Assembly: GCA_963744525.1 (NCBI GenBank)
Contig: CAVUTV010000015.1
Span: 16,624-80,623 of the forward strand
Length of the DNA stretch: 64,000 nt
Source of the DNA: an uncultured Solirubrobacterales bacterium
GTDB lineage: Bacteria > Actinomycetota > Thermoleophilia > Solirubrobacterales > Solirubrobacteraceae
Reading direction: 5' to 3'
The translations under genes were made by a program, and so were the position numbers. Shown here one piece after another: positions 1 to 10,074 of this stretch (position 1 is the stretch's first letter; each line of letters starts with the position of its first letter). Under the pieces are notes generated by a model that did not search any database, was not told where the DNA came from, and worked only from the letters and a program-made list of their open reading frames with translations.

Positions 1-1
1 G

Positions 2-676
2 AGGACATGTCTCGATCCCGCCGAGATCGTGGTCATCGATAGCGCTTCGCCGGTGAAACCACGGCGTAAGCTTCGCGCGGGCGTGACCTGGTTCGAGCTC
101 GATCGGAACTACGGGCACTCAAACGACATCCGCGTGGGGCTGATCCAGACCAAGTACAGCGGCGGCGCTCGCTCACGGATCCTGGGCTGCGCGTATGCAC
201 TGTGCTCCGATGCTGACATCTACGTTCATGTGGAGCAGGACTGTCTGCTGCACGGAGGGCGAATCCTCGAGGCGGCCCTCGACGGCACGACCGAACCTGT
301 GGTGATCGGGGGCCTGCCGATTGGGGGCCGCAATGCGCTCGATCCCGAGACTCCAGCCGCTGCCATGCACCAAAATTCGCTGCTGATCGTTCGCCGCGAG
401 GGCTTGGAGCGATTCTTGACCGGTCTGGTGGCGGGATCGGAGACCGATGGTGAGCTGTCCTCCGAGGTGAAGATGGCCCGCGACTGCGCGCCGTTCGACC
501 TGCTCGCAATCCCGTTTGGCCGCTCGCGGCCGATCGACTTCTCAATGTCCCACTTCTACGCGCAGCACCTCTCGGCCGAAGAACTGGCGGAGTTCTGCGC
601 GCTGGAGGGCGTCAAGGTGCCGCGATGGCCGAAGCGAACGCCCGGAAGGTTCAATTGGCGTCCCGCCAGCGCTTGA
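2..676 (+). CDS. Hypothetical protein, 5'-truncated by window edge (possibly glycosyltransferase-associated)
   Basis: Frame is open from base 2 to the stop at 676, with GC3-rich codons; no recognisable family motif. Confidence 0.6.
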   Translation, partial: RTCLDPAEIVVIDSASPVKPRRKLRAGVTWFELDRNYGHSNDIRVGLIQTKYSGGARSRILGCAYALCSDADIYVHVEQDCLLHGGRILEAALDGTTEPVVIGGLPIGGRNALDPETPAAAMHQNSLLIVRREGLERFLTGLVAGSETDGELSSEVKMARDCAPFDLLAIPFGRSRPIDFSMSHFYAQHLSAEELAEFCALEGVKVPRWPKRTPGRFNWRPASA

Positions 677-1856
677 TCGCCTGGTGGTAACAACTCTCCA
701 GTTGACGCCCGACGACCTCCGTATCGCACTCCGCGCAAACGATCGCCCGAGCTGCCGCACCTGCGCGGGCGGCCACGTCGGTCGAAAGCAGATACGGCTC
801 CAGGGCGTCGGCGAGCGCGATCGGGTCACCCGGCGAGACCACAGCTCCGGCGGTCGAGCCGCTGATCATCTCCGCGACCCCGGTGGAGGACGTACAGACG
901 ACCGGCCGGCCGGCAGCCATCGCTTCGACGGCGACGTTGGAGAAGCCCTCCTGTGCGCTCGGGACGGCAACCACGCGAGCCTGCTCGTATATGTCGGGGA
1001 GGTCCGCCGCAGGCACCTCGTCCAGGAACTCGCATGGGACCTTTAACTGCGCGGCCACCGATCGGACCCAGTCTCCGTACGGCCTCCCCTGGCGCGTTCC
1101 GTTCGAGCGACCGAGGAGGACCAGCCGCACGTGTGGCACCCGGGATTGGAGAAGCGCGACGGCGCGGACGAGCATCTCCGGAGCCTTCCGAGGCTCCAGA
1201 CGGCCGACGGCAACGACGATCGGAGCCGTCGTCTCGACCGGTCTCGCTCGCACCCAGCGACTCGGCTCGACCGGATTGCGAATAACCGCCACGGGCCGGT
1301 CGTCCAGCCAGCCTCGCTCTCGTAATTGCTGGGGCAGCCAATGCGTCGCCGCGGTCAGCATCGTTGCCTGTCTCACCAGCGCACGCTCCAGCATGTCGCT
1401 CAACCGGAAGTCAACCGGATCGAGCCCGGGATCCGAATCAGCCTCGACGATGAGCGGCGTGTGGAGTCGCACGGCGACCGGGGAGCTGCCGGCCAGGCTG
1501 AGCAGCAGACCACAGGCTTTGAAGTCAGCCGACTCGATGATGTCGAAGCGTTGGCCGAGTCGCTCGTGCTCCAGGAGGTGGGCGACGATCTGGTAGATGC
1601 GGTTACCGGCCTTGGGTAGAGATGAAGTGCCGAGCGCGATCTGAGGGCCGTTGCGACGGTGAACATGGATTCCGCGGTCGAAGAAGTCCTCGTCTGGGCC
1701 GCCCTGCTTACAGGCCAGTACATGCACCTCGTGCCCCCGCTCTGCCAGAGCATGCCCAGCCACGGCGACATAGGTCATGTGCCCGCCGGCCGTATCAAGC
1801 TCGTATCTCTCGATCAGTCGCAGGATCCGAAGCGGTCCCGCTTCCACGTCAGGCAC
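651..1856 (-). CDS. Glycosyltransferase family 4 (GT-B)
   Basis: GG..TYV and RGHEVHV N-terminus; VGRLEPRK; PSAQEGFSNVAVEAMAAGRPVV (E-x7-E motif). Confidence 0.92.
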   Translation of the reverse strand: MPDVEAGPLRILRLIERYELDTAGGHMTYVAVAGHALAERGHEVHVLACKQGGPDEDFFDRGIHVHRRNGPQIALGTSSLPKAGNRIYQIVAHLLEHERLGQRFDIIESADFKACGLLLSLAGSSPVAVRLHTPLIVEADSDPGLDPVDFRLSDMLERALVRQATMLTAATHWLPQQLRERGWLDDRPVAVIRNPVEPSRWVRARPVETTAPIVVAVGRLEPRKAPEMLVRAVALLQSRVPHVRLVLLGRSNGTRQGRPYGDWVRSVAAQLKVPCEFLDEVPAADLPDIYEQARVVAVPSAQEGFSNVAVEAMAAGRPVVCTSSTGVAEMISGSTAGAVVSPGDPIALADALEPYLLSTDVAARAGAAARAIVCAECDTEVVGRQLESCYHQAIKRWRDAN

Positions 1857-1928
1857 GCCGAGAGCCTACGAGATGAGGCCGGGGCTTTGAGCCCTACGGG
1901 ATCTCGCACGATTTGCGAAGCTGCGGCG

Positions 1929-3145
1929 GTGACTGGGCTTGCTGAGCGTTGCCGGCAGGTGCTCGAAGGGAGCTGGACCGTCGGCGAGCGCGATGGGGTG
2001 CCGTTCGCCTACACCCGCCCCAGTCCGGGACGGTACCGCTGGCAGTGGTATTGGGACTCCTGCTTTGCGGCGATCGCATGGCGCCATTTCGAGCCGGCGC
2101 ACTCTCGCGCGGAGCTCGAAACGCTGCTCGCGGCGGCGCACCCGGACGGATTCATCGGTCACACGATCTTCTGGGAGCACCCGGTGAGCGGGCCGCGGGC
2201 GCTGTTCTACAACGTGATCCGTCGCGACGATTTCATGACGGCGACGATCCAGCCACCGGCGCTGGCGCTGGCGTGGCGACTGGCCGTAGGCGACCCGGCG
2301 CTCGAGCCACGCATCGTCGCTCACCACGAAGCGGTCACATCTGAGCGCGACCTCGAGGGCGACGGGTTGCTGTGGATCCTTCAGCCCGATGAGTCCGGCC
2401 TGGATGCCTCGCCGCAGTTCGGCCCAATCTGGGGTCACCGTGCGCAGGGACTCCGGATTTCGTTGACCTCGTGAGAAGCAATCGCAAGCGTGAGTTTCGG
2501 ATCGAGGCGGTGCGCGCGGACGGGGATCCGGTCGTGTGCGAGGTGATGACGAACGTGATTCACGGCCTGTCGCGGCTGGCGCTGGGACTTCCGTCGATCA
2601 CGCCAGCGCTGATCTCGCGGTGCTACGACGAACCAAGCGGGCTGTTCCTGCCCGCGGTGATGCCCGCAATCAGCTCGCGAATCCCCCTCACTGTCGCCGC
2701 GCTTTCCCCGCTGGCGTTGCCGGACCTGCCAGACGAGATCGGCCACCGGCTGGCGGAATACCTATTTGACAAGCATCGCTTCTGGACCGAGGTGCCCGCG
2801 CCGTCGGTGGCGCTCGATGAGCCGTCGTTTTCGCTGCGGGAGCACTTCGACGGTCTGCGACGGTACTGGCGCGGGCCGACCTGGATCAACAGCGCGTGGC
2901 TGTTGTGGCGCGGAATCGTGCGTCTCGGCTACGAGGAGGAGGCGGCCAGGCTCGCCCGGGCGGTCACCGAGACAGTGGCCCGAGAGGGCCTGCGGGAGTT
3001 CTACGATCCACATGACGGGCGCGGCATGGGCGCTGAGAACTTCGCCTGGTCTGCGCTCGCGCTGGAGTTCGTCGATCCTGCCAACGCCAGCGCCGGGGTC
3101 AGCCCAGCTGGTAATCGAGCAGCAGACAGCCGCTTGGAGAAGTAA
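1929..3145 (+). CDS. GH63/MGH1-like glycoside hydrolase (glucosylglycerate/mannosylglycerate hydrolase-like), one frameshift near 2455-2475
   Basis: YRWQWYWDSCF, DESGLDASP, YWRGPTWIN and REFYDP..G.G...FAWSA motifs split over two ORFs (1659..2474, 2471..3145). Confidence 0.8.
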
Positions 3146-3632
3146 CGCTGCGAGTCAATGACAGCCGCCGAGAGCTCCCGCCATCGAAGAGCCTCCGCCC
3201 CCGCATCTGCACAGCCGGGGCGATGACCAGTCGGAGTTCGTCGACCAGGCTTGCCTCGAGCAGCGATTGGGTCAGCGAGATGCTCCCGTGGATCCCGATG
3301 TCGCCGCCGGGCTGCTGCTTGAGCTCGAGGACGTGGTCCGCGAGCCGGTCCTCGATGGCCTGGGTCTCCGGCCAGTCCTGTTCGGGAGGCGTGGATGTCA
3401 CCACGAACTTCTGAACGCCATTGATGAAGCTCGCGAAGGGCTCGATGTCACTGGTCGGCCAGAACCCCGCCCACTCGTCGTACGTGCGGCGCCCCAGAAG
3501 CACAGCGTCTTGGGTGGCGATGACGCGGGCGAGGTTCTCTGCCATGACGCCATCGAAGTCGGTCACGAACTCGTCCGGCGCCTCTGCCACGCCATCGACC
3601 GCGAGCAGTTCGTAGGCAACTACTTTGCGCAT
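3099..3632 (-). CDS. Dihydrofolate reductase / RibD C-terminal family protein
   Basis: MRKVVAYELLAVDG, LLGRRTY, GGDIGIHGS, LVDELRL.IAP. Confidence 0.9.
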   Translation of the reverse strand: MRKVVAYELLAVDGVAEAPDEFVTDFDGVMAENLARVIATQDAVLLGRRTYDEWAGFWPTSDIEPFASFINGVQKFVVTSTPPEQDWPETQAIEDRLADHVLELKQQPGGDIGIHGSISLTQSLLEASLVDELRLVIAPAVQMRGRRLFDGGSSRRLSLTRSVTSPSGCLLLDYQLG

Positions 3633-3768
3633 CGCGTGAGCTCCTCGCCAGTGGTGAGTGAGCCAGAGATGGTAGGCCGACTCGGCGGACCCCGTACCGC
3701 CGACCGCCGTTTCGGTTGAGTGCGCTGGAGCACCTAATCACGAGCGTGAACATGCTCTACTTGGGGGC

Positions 3769-4869
3769 ATGACGACCGAACGCGAACAGAGGATCGGGCT
3801 GGTGCTTGGCGGTGGCGGCACTGTGGGTGCCGCCTGGCTGATGGGGACATTGGATGCGCTGGCGAGCGAGACCGGCTGGGATCCGGGTAGCGCGGACTAT
3901 GTGGTGGGGACGTCTGCGGGGTCTGTGATCGGAGCGCTGTTGGCCTGCGGGGTGCCGCCATGGCTGATAGTCGCCCATCAGACCGGGGAGAACCTGGACG
4001 GACTGTCTGACCCCCGTGGTGAGGCGGCCGACCGGGTCGATCGCTCAGGCGGTTCCCGGTACCGGCTGGACAGAAAGGGCTTTGCGTTTGGCCCGGGCTC
4101 GTGGCGACTGGCGGCTGCGTCGCTGGCGCATCCGACCCGGTACTCGCCGATGTCGGTCATTTCAGGATGGCTACCTGAGGGCCTGGTCTCGACCGAGCCG
4201 CTTAAGGACACCATTCGCCGCGTCTGTCCTGACCCTTGGGCCCCACACCCCAACTACTGGGCGATCGCCGTCGATTACGGCGATGGGCATCGCGTCGCCT
4301 TCGGGCGCGACGGGGAACCGGCAGCCACGCTGCCTGACGCCGTCGCTGCCTCGTGTGCGATCCCGGGCTTCTACCGGACGGTGCAGATCGATGGGCGCCG
4401 CTACGTCGACGGGGGCGTGCGCTCGGCATCAAACCTCGACATCCTGCGCGACGAGAGCCTCGACCTGGTCATCGCGCTGAACCCGATGTCATCCCTTGAG
4501 AGCATCGCCCCGCGCGGACTGCCAGACCGGCTCGCCGTTCGCGCCCGCACCATGATCGGCCGCCGGCTTGGCTCGGAGGCACGGCGACTGCGTGAAGCGG
4601 GAACCGAGGTCGTGCTCATCCAGCCGACCGCTGCCGACGTGGCGGTCATGGGCCCCAACCCGATGAACGGACGGCGCCGTCAGGCAGTCATGGCCTCTGC
4701 GAGGCGCACGATGGCGGAGCAGCTCCGCGATGGCGAGGTCGGCGAGCGGCTCAGTGCGTTGCCGGCCGGAGAGCCCGCGCTCGTTCGTCGGCCACAGGAC
4801 CCGCCGTCGAGCTGGCCAGACTTCTACGAGGCCGCCAAGTCACGCTGGGTCAAGTCGCCCGTGGCTTAG
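3769..4869 (+). CDS. Patatin-like phospholipase
   Basis: LVLGGGG, GTSAGS nucleophile motif, ASCAIPG, YVDGG. Confidence 0.92.
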   Translation: MTTEREQRIGLVLGGGGTVGAAWLMGTLDALASETGWDPGSADYVVGTSAGSVIGALLACGVPPWLIVAHQTGENLDGLSDPRGEAADRVDRSGGSRYRLDRKGFAFGPGSWRLAAASLAHPTRYSPMSVISGWLPEGLVSTEPLKDTIRRVCPDPWAPHPNYWAIAVDYGDGHRVAFGRDGEPAATLPDAVAASCAIPGFYRTVQIDGRRYVDGGVRSASNLDILRDESLDLVIALNPMSSLESIAPRGLPDRLAVRARTMIGRRLGSEARRLREAGTEVVLIQPTAADVAVMGPNPMNGRRRQAVMASARRTMAEQLRDGEVGERLSALPAGEPALVRRPQDPPSSWPDFYEAAKSRWVKSPVA

Positions 4870-5152
4870 ATCGGGGCTGGCGATGCCAGGAGCCCCCCCG
4901 GGTAAGTACGGCTCATCGCGGCCAATGATCTAATCGCCTTCGCCGTATTCCTTGCCTTTTATTTCGCCATCCGCGAGCGGAAGCGGCGGCGGACGGGCGT
5001 GGCGCCCCCGTTGAATTGGCGCGGTCTCGGGCTGGTCGTCCTTTGCGTCGGTGTCGTGGCTCTGATCAGCTTCCTTCAGAAGCACTAGCCAAGGTTGTCG
5101 ATCCCGATCGTTGCGTCAGCGAGCGGGAGTGTGCTGGCGGGGCACGCTGTCA

Positions 5153-5542
5153 CTAGGAGCGGCGGAGGCGCAAGGCAGCCGCCTTGATGCAGCCGAGGCC
5201 CACGGAGGCATATGGATTCGCACGCCCGAGGACGGTGTCACGGTTCCACTCGATGAACTGTTTGAGTGAGAGCCGTCGTTCGATGCACGCGAGCCCAACA
5301 CGGCAGTAGCTGGTAGCCAGTGGCTTGGAAAGATGGAGGGTCGCCTCCCTCACGCAGCTCTGGAGAAACGCGTGCTCGTTGGCCGCCGGGTAGCGTCCGA
5401 GCTTCGGCGCGGGCAACGTCCCTGAGGAGCTGGTTTCGGGCGCTGAGGCGGAATGGTTGCTGGCGCCGGAAGTAGCCGCTGATCCACAGCCGGCTACGAG
5501 CAGGATCGCGATAACCGCAGGAATCGTACGGAAGCGCCTCAC
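5153..5542 (-). CDS. Small lipoprotein of unknown function
   Basis: Basic N-terminus, hydrophobic stretch, lipobox LVAG-C, Ser/Ala linker, four further Cys. Confidence 0.65.
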   Translation of the reverse strand: MRRFRTIPAVIAILLVAGCGSAATSGASNHSASAPETSSSGTLPAPKLGRYPAANEHAFLQSCVREATLHLSKPLATSYCRVGLACIERRLSLKQFIEWNRDTVLGRANPYASVGLGCIKAAALRLRRS

Positions 5543-5805
5543 GGGATTACGTTCTCATACCCCAGCCAGTGCGATGCCACTCGGCGTGCCTTCCGCGATG
5601 GCGACCGGCCGTACCGGGACCCTCATTCTGCGGACACGCTGACGCTCACAGCAGCTAGGCGCATCCGCCGGATCGGCCCGGGGGCGGCAGTCAGCACGTA
5701 CATTGTCGCGCCGCCGATGCCTGCTGCGCCGAGCACGGACCCATCCGAGGATTCTGTGGGGATAGGCTGGCCGTGTCACTAAGCAAGGATCGGAGGTGCG
5801 CCAGC

Positions 5806-6072
5806 ATGCATGCGGTCATCATCGAAGTGACCATTGACGACCAGGGCGCGGCCAAGGCCGCCTTGGATGATCAGCTCATACCAATGCTCCGGGGAATTCC
5901 GGACTTCGTTAGCGGGCACTGGGTGGCGCTGTCCGAAGATCGGGGCACGTCGATCGTCGTGTTCGAGTCCAAGGAGTCAGCGCAGGCACTCGCCTCCCGG
6001 ACCCAGTCGACGGCCACGGAGAACGTGACGCCTCACCGGGTTGAGGTCGGCGAAGTCATCGCAAGCGCATAG
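5806..6072 (+). CDS. Small ABM/ferredoxin-fold hypothetical protein
   Basis: GGAGG RBS before ATG 5806; IP.LRGIPDFVSGHW...SIVVFES pattern. Confidence 0.7.
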   Translation: MHAVIIEVTIDDQGAAKAALDDQLIPMLRGIPDFVSGHWVALSEDRGTSIVVFESKESAQALASRTQSTATENVTPHRVEVGEVIASA

Positions 6073-6202
6073 CCAGGGACCGGCTGGCCGGCCGTCCGCC
6101 GATGTGGGAGGGGTCTGCGGCCAATGGTCCACTCGAGATTGGCATGGTCGTAGAGCCGTTTCTCGATCCAAGCGACAGCGCCTGGTCATCGTGACTAGTC
6201 GG

Positions 6203-6397
6203 CTACTCAGACGACGTCACGGGCCAGAGCAGGGCTTGGCCGACGATGACGCGTTCGCCGTCAAAGGTCGCTACCGGAGAGCCATGGAGGTGGTAGCCGA
6301 TCGCGAGAGCATCGCTGACCCGGTCACAGAACGAGTCGTCATCCGGCCCCGTCAACAGGCGGTATCGCGGCAGGCCGTCAGGCGGGTCCTCTGACAT
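6203..6397 (-). CDS. DUF1737 family protein
   Basis: YRLLTGPDD.SFCDRVSDALAIGYHLHGSP...GQA. Confidence 0.85.
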   Translation of the reverse strand: MSEDPPDGLPRYRLLTGPDDDSFCDRVSDALAIGYHLHGSPVATFDGERVIVGQALLWPVTSSE

Positions 6398-6498
6398 CGT
6401 AGGATCGTTTCACAGGCATCGAGTTAGGGCCAGCCGACCTGCTAGACGACAGTGCCTCTTCTCGGTCAACCCGACAGCGAAGCGGGGGGCGGCGTCGA

Positions 6499-6921
6499 TC
6501 AACGTATGACGTCGATGACGAACGCGGTGCATGAACCGATCCGAGGGTCGACGCCGATGCAGAACCTCGTATGGCGAGCTTGCAGCCGAGTGCTGCCCAA
6601 CGAACGCGCGAGGTATTCGGCTGTAGCCCCGCGGCGGCCGGTGAACCATACGCCGGCCCCGATGGGATCCGGGACCGGGAAGTCCAGCCGGCCGCTTGCC
6701 TCGTGCCCGATCTGGATTGAGAATCGTGCGCCGCGGCGGAGAGACACGCGTGTGGGACGGGAGGGGATCACGCCTGCACACGAGTTGGTGGGCATCGTCT
6801 GCGTGGCGGCGTGCAGAACGTAGGCTTCGCCGCAACTGCTGACTCGGCTGACAAGTCGGGTGGATCCGCAACCGGCAATTACCAGGAGCGCTCCGACCGA
6901 CGCTAAGGCTTTCCCGAGCAT
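6499..6921 (-). CDS. Putative lipoprotein
   Basis: Signal peptide with lipobox VIAG-C and Cys pairs; start uncertain (6921 or 6957). Confidence 0.5.
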   Translation of the reverse strand: MLGKALASVGALLVIAGCGSTRLVSRVSSCGEAYVLHAATQTMPTNSCAGVIPSRPTRVSLRRGARFSIQIGHEASGRLDFPVPDPIGAGVWFTGRRGATAEYLARSLGSTRLQARHTRFCIGVDPRIGSCTAFVIDVIR

Positions 6922-7069
6922 CCTGCCGAGACTACGGCGCACACGAGCGACCGTCACGAATTGCGGGACCGCTGATCGACTACGCCGTCAGTCCTTGCGG
7001 AAACGCTTCTGTCTGGGACGACCGGGATTGCTCACGATCCGCTGGAGCCACGGTCGGGGACGGGGCTGC

Positions 7070-7585
7070 CTAGTCGACTCGGAGCCCGGCTTGCCCGACG
7101 TATAGGTCGTCTCCGGGGCGTAGCTCGGATCGCCCGACGCGCTGGCCGTTGAGAAAGGTGCCGTTTGTCGACGACAGGTCTTGCACCACCCATTTCCCGT
7201 CGCGACTGATCAGGCGTGCGTGTTGACGCGACACGCTGAGGTCGGCCAGAACGACATCGCAGCGAGAACTACGGCCGATGACGAGCTGCTGTTCTTCGCC
7301 GGACCAGTTCAAACCCAGCAGCGTCGTAGGCGGCTGATCGCGGTCACCAAACACTTTGTCGAGGCGTTCGATCACGGTGCTCATGGTGCTTGAGAGCAAA
7401 CCGCGAACACGACGGCGGGGTGCCCTCAGATACAGATCGCCCACCAGCCGCTCTGGTTCGATGAGTCGTGCCCGTAACACCTTTTCGAGCCGCACGGACA
7501 GGGTCTGGTCGCTGATCAGTCCCTCGGCGTAGGCCGTATGGAGGGTGCGCGCCAGCTGGTTCCGGGATGTACCGGCGCCGAGCAT
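7070..7585 (-). CDS. FHA-domain protein with N-terminal DUF1707-like helix bundle
   Basis: IGRSS.CDVVL..SVSRQHA...DLSSTNGTFLNG; N-terminal L.TAYAEGLIS...S.RLE; start approximate. Confidence 0.85.
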   Translation of the reverse strand: MLGAGTSRNQLARTLHTAYAEGLISDQTLSVRLEKVLRARLIEPERLVGDLYLRAPRRRVRGLLSSTMSTVIERLDKVFGDRDQPPTTLLGLNWSGEEQQLVIGRSSRCDVVLADLSVSRQHARLISRDGKWVVQDLSSTNGTFLNGQRVGRSELRPGDDLYVGQAGLRVD

Positions 7586-7782
7586 AGAAGGATTCTGGCG
7601 CTCGACAGCGACGGTGTCTACCCTCGACGCCCCGACAGCCCACCCCGACGCAGCCTGCGCCAGCGAAAAGAAATCTCCATCTGTCGCTGAAGCGGAATAT
7701 GGTCGGCATCGGGCGGCGACTGCCAGTCGGGCCGCTGTCCTCAGATTGTTGGGCAAATTTGAGCACACACCGGGGGGTTCAC

Positions 7783-9339
7783 GTGCAGCGCTTTCGAGGA
7801 CTATTTGTGGCGGCGTCGATCACCGCAGCGTTCGTGTTGGCATCGACGTTTGGCGCGGCTTTGGCTACGGCCAACGCCCATCATGGGATCAAATCGATCC
7901 ACGTCACTGCGCCGTCGCTCGCGATCGCGGGCAGCTTCGCCAAGATCACAGGCCGAGTTTCCGACAGTGTTTCGGTCAGTCATGTGAAGCTCCAGCGCCG
8001 GCGCTCAAAGCATTGGAAAACGATCGCTCACGCGAAGGTGAAGCACGGCCATTTCACCCTTCGCTTCCGTACTCCGCGGAAGGCCGGTCTGATGAAGCTG
8101 CGCGTGATTGCAGGACCGACGGATCAACCTCTAGCTAAGAGCCGAGTCTTCGTGCTCAAGGTGGTTACTCGCTCCAAGGTCTTGCGAGCCTCCTGTGGAG
8201 CATCCAGCTCAGTATTTGTGCTGACTAGAGGCAAGAACGTGGTGGCGTACGTCCCGAAGGGGAACTGGGAAGGCGGTACTACCGGCGTTTCGGTGGTCAA
8301 CGTTGAAGGCACGAGCGTCACGCCGACACTGATACCCACACCGAACGTTGTGAATGCTGCCGGATCGAATCCGTTCACGGGTGAGACGGTCGCCACTGCA
8401 AACAACACGGACGTCTACCTCTTGAAAGGTAAAAAACGAATCAAGACGCTGAAGAGTGGCGGTACCAGCACGATCCACTTCTCGGGCGGCGACCCGACTG
8501 ACTCCGGGATCTCGATGGACCCGTCGCACAACCGTGCGGTAATCGGGCTGAGCGTTGCCGGCAGCCCGGGATTCCAGTTCCTGAATTTGAACTCCAACAC
8601 ATTCGGCTCACCGATCAAGTCACCAAACGGTGAGATCTCGGAGAATGCACTGATCGATCCTTTCCGAAACCTCCTGTTGTCCGCATCGGAAAACGGCACC
8701 TTCGAAATCGCCAAGATCTCAAATCCGGCAAGGCCTAGGTTCTACGAGAATGTCACCGGTGGAGGTGAGCTCGACTCGACAGGCGAGGACTGCGCAACCG
8801 GAATTGCACTCGCCCCAGCCGAGTTCTCGGACCCGTCAACTGTCTACATTGCGAACCTCACCCACGCGAAGTTCACCCCCGGATCACCTGCCGGAAAGTG
8901 GACGGCGCCGGAGCAGGTCCAGACTCTGTCCGAATCAAGCCTAAGTGCCGGAGCGAGCGCCGTAGCCGTCGCGCAAGGAACCCACACCGGCGTCCTGGCC
9001 GGAGAATTCGGGGGCAACGAGATCACAGCCTTCAGCCTCCCGAGGAGATCTGGCAGCGGCAAGCCGGCGATCACCGGCTGGGTTAGCTGTGGCATCGGCA
9101 ACACGCCAGACTCCAATCCGTGGAGCGAGGGCTTCGATCCTCACACCATGACCGCCTACCGGAGCCCGAATGGCGGGCACGCTTTCGGACTTTTCGGAAA
9201 CGGGGCCACCAGCTGGGTGGCGCGAGTGGACCTGACGAAACTGCTGAACCCAGCCATCGTCCCTCGTGACGGCGGCGGGCATGCGTGCGCCTCAGGAACG
9301 ATCCCTTCGTCCGTCGAGAGGTTCATCTCAGTGCCATAG
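7783..9339 (+). CDS. Secreted protein, basic N-terminal beta domain plus probable beta-propeller
   Basis: Sec signal peptide, Lys/His-rich N-domain, Gly/Ser/Thr-rich beta-strand repeats; codon usage less GC3-biased than neighbours. Confidence 0.75.
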   Translation: MQRFRGLFVAASITAAFVLASTFGAALATANAHHGIKSIHVTAPSLAIAGSFAKITGRVSDSVSVSHVKLQRRRSKHWKTIAHAKVKHGHFTLRFRTPRKAGLMKLRVIAGPTDQPLAKSRVFVLKVVTRSKVLRASCGASSSVFVLTRGKNVVAYVPKGNWEGGTTGVSVVNVEGTSVTPTLIPTPNVVNAAGSNPFTGETVATANNTDVYLLKGKKRIKTLKSGGTSTIHFSGGDPTDSGISMDPSHNRAVIGLSVAGSPGFQFLNLNSNTFGSPIKSPNGEISENALIDPFRNLLLSASENGTFEIAKISNPARPRFYENVTGGGELDSTGEDCATGIALAPAEFSDPSTVYIANLTHAKFTPGSPAGKWTAPEQVQTLSESSLSAGASAVAVAQGTHTGVLAGEFGGNEITAFSLPRRSGSGKPAITGWVSCGIGNTPDSNPWSEGFDPHTMTAYRSPNGGHAFGLFGNGATSWVARVDLTKLLNPAIVPRDGGGHACASGTIPSSVERFISVP

Positions 9340-9357
9340 ACGTCTGTCTGTGCGCCT

Positions 9358-9390
9358 CCCCGGAGCTGCCCCTGAACTGGCAGCTCCGGG
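9358..9390. terminator. Hairpin terminator between convergent genes
   Basis: CCCGGAGCTGCC-loop-GGCAGCTCCGGG perfect 12-bp stem after stop 9339. Confidence 0.7.
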
Positions 9391-9442
9391 ATTGCGGGGA
9401 ACCTAAAGACGCGGGAGGTCCGAGCGCCCTCTGATGGCTGCG

Positions 9443-9977
9443 TCAGGACGCGGCTGCTGCGACGTCCGCGTCCGGCGTCTCCGAGCTTTGTGCAGTCCCT
9501 CTGAGCGCCTCACGCAGCTGCTCCTCGGCGTCTTCGGTCAGAGACGTCTTGAGCACGGTACCGCCGTACTTGCTCAGTGCGGCAAGCGCCTTGTCCGGAG
9601 TGACCTTTCTGACGACCAGGAACAGCGCGGAGCTTCCCGGGCTTGACCATATCTCGGACCTCCTGCTGGAAGCCCTCGTCGATACCAACCTTCTCGATCG
9701 CACCGAACAGAAGTCCGAAGGCCCCGCCGATCGCAAGCCCGAACACCGGAACGAAGAACAGCAGCCCGAACAAGGCACCCCACAGCATGCCCCAAGTGGC
9801 GCCCTCGGCCACGGGGTGATGATTTGTGGTGACCTTGTACTTGCCCTTCTCATCGCGGGTGATCACGGCCACAGCCTCGGGCTCGATCAACAAGTCGTTT
9901 GCCAGGCGATAGACCTCCTCCGCTGCTTTAGCAGCGGTCTCCTCGTCGTCATATCCAATGGCGATCAGGTCTGCCAT
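9443..9977 (-). CDS. DUF1269 family membrane protein (frameshift near 9640)
   Basis: MADLIAIGYDD, GA.WGMLWGALFGLLFFVP, then SSALFLVVRKVTPDKAL...GGTVLKTSL in a second frame. Confidence 0.85.
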
Positions 9978-10025
9978 GCAGGCTCCCTTCTAAATAATGG
10001 CTTCAGATGTAGCTACGCGATGTGC

Positions 10026-10050
10026 TAGGCCGAGCGGAGCGCGGGACAAG
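10026..10050 (-). promoter_or_regulatory. Candidate alternative-sigma promoter CTTG-N17-CCTA (DUF1269 gene)
   Basis: Minus strand reads CTTG tcccgcgctccgctcgg CCTA gcac, about 50 bp upstream of the ATG. Confidence 0.65.
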
Positions 10051-10074
10051 GGCGCGGGGGCGCGGGGGCGCGGG

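Noticed and set aside
3673-3736. CGGCCTA (minus, 3673-3679) and GTTG-N14-CCTA (plus) near the DHFR-like and patatin genes
   Set aside because: The first lacks TTG at the right distance and has a SigA-like TACCAT; the second has the wrong spacer, so neither was counted in the regulon
3633-7070. Run of small unrelated genes suggesting an integron-like cassette array
   Set aside because: Mixed orientations, no recurring attC-like or other intergenic repeat, no integrase
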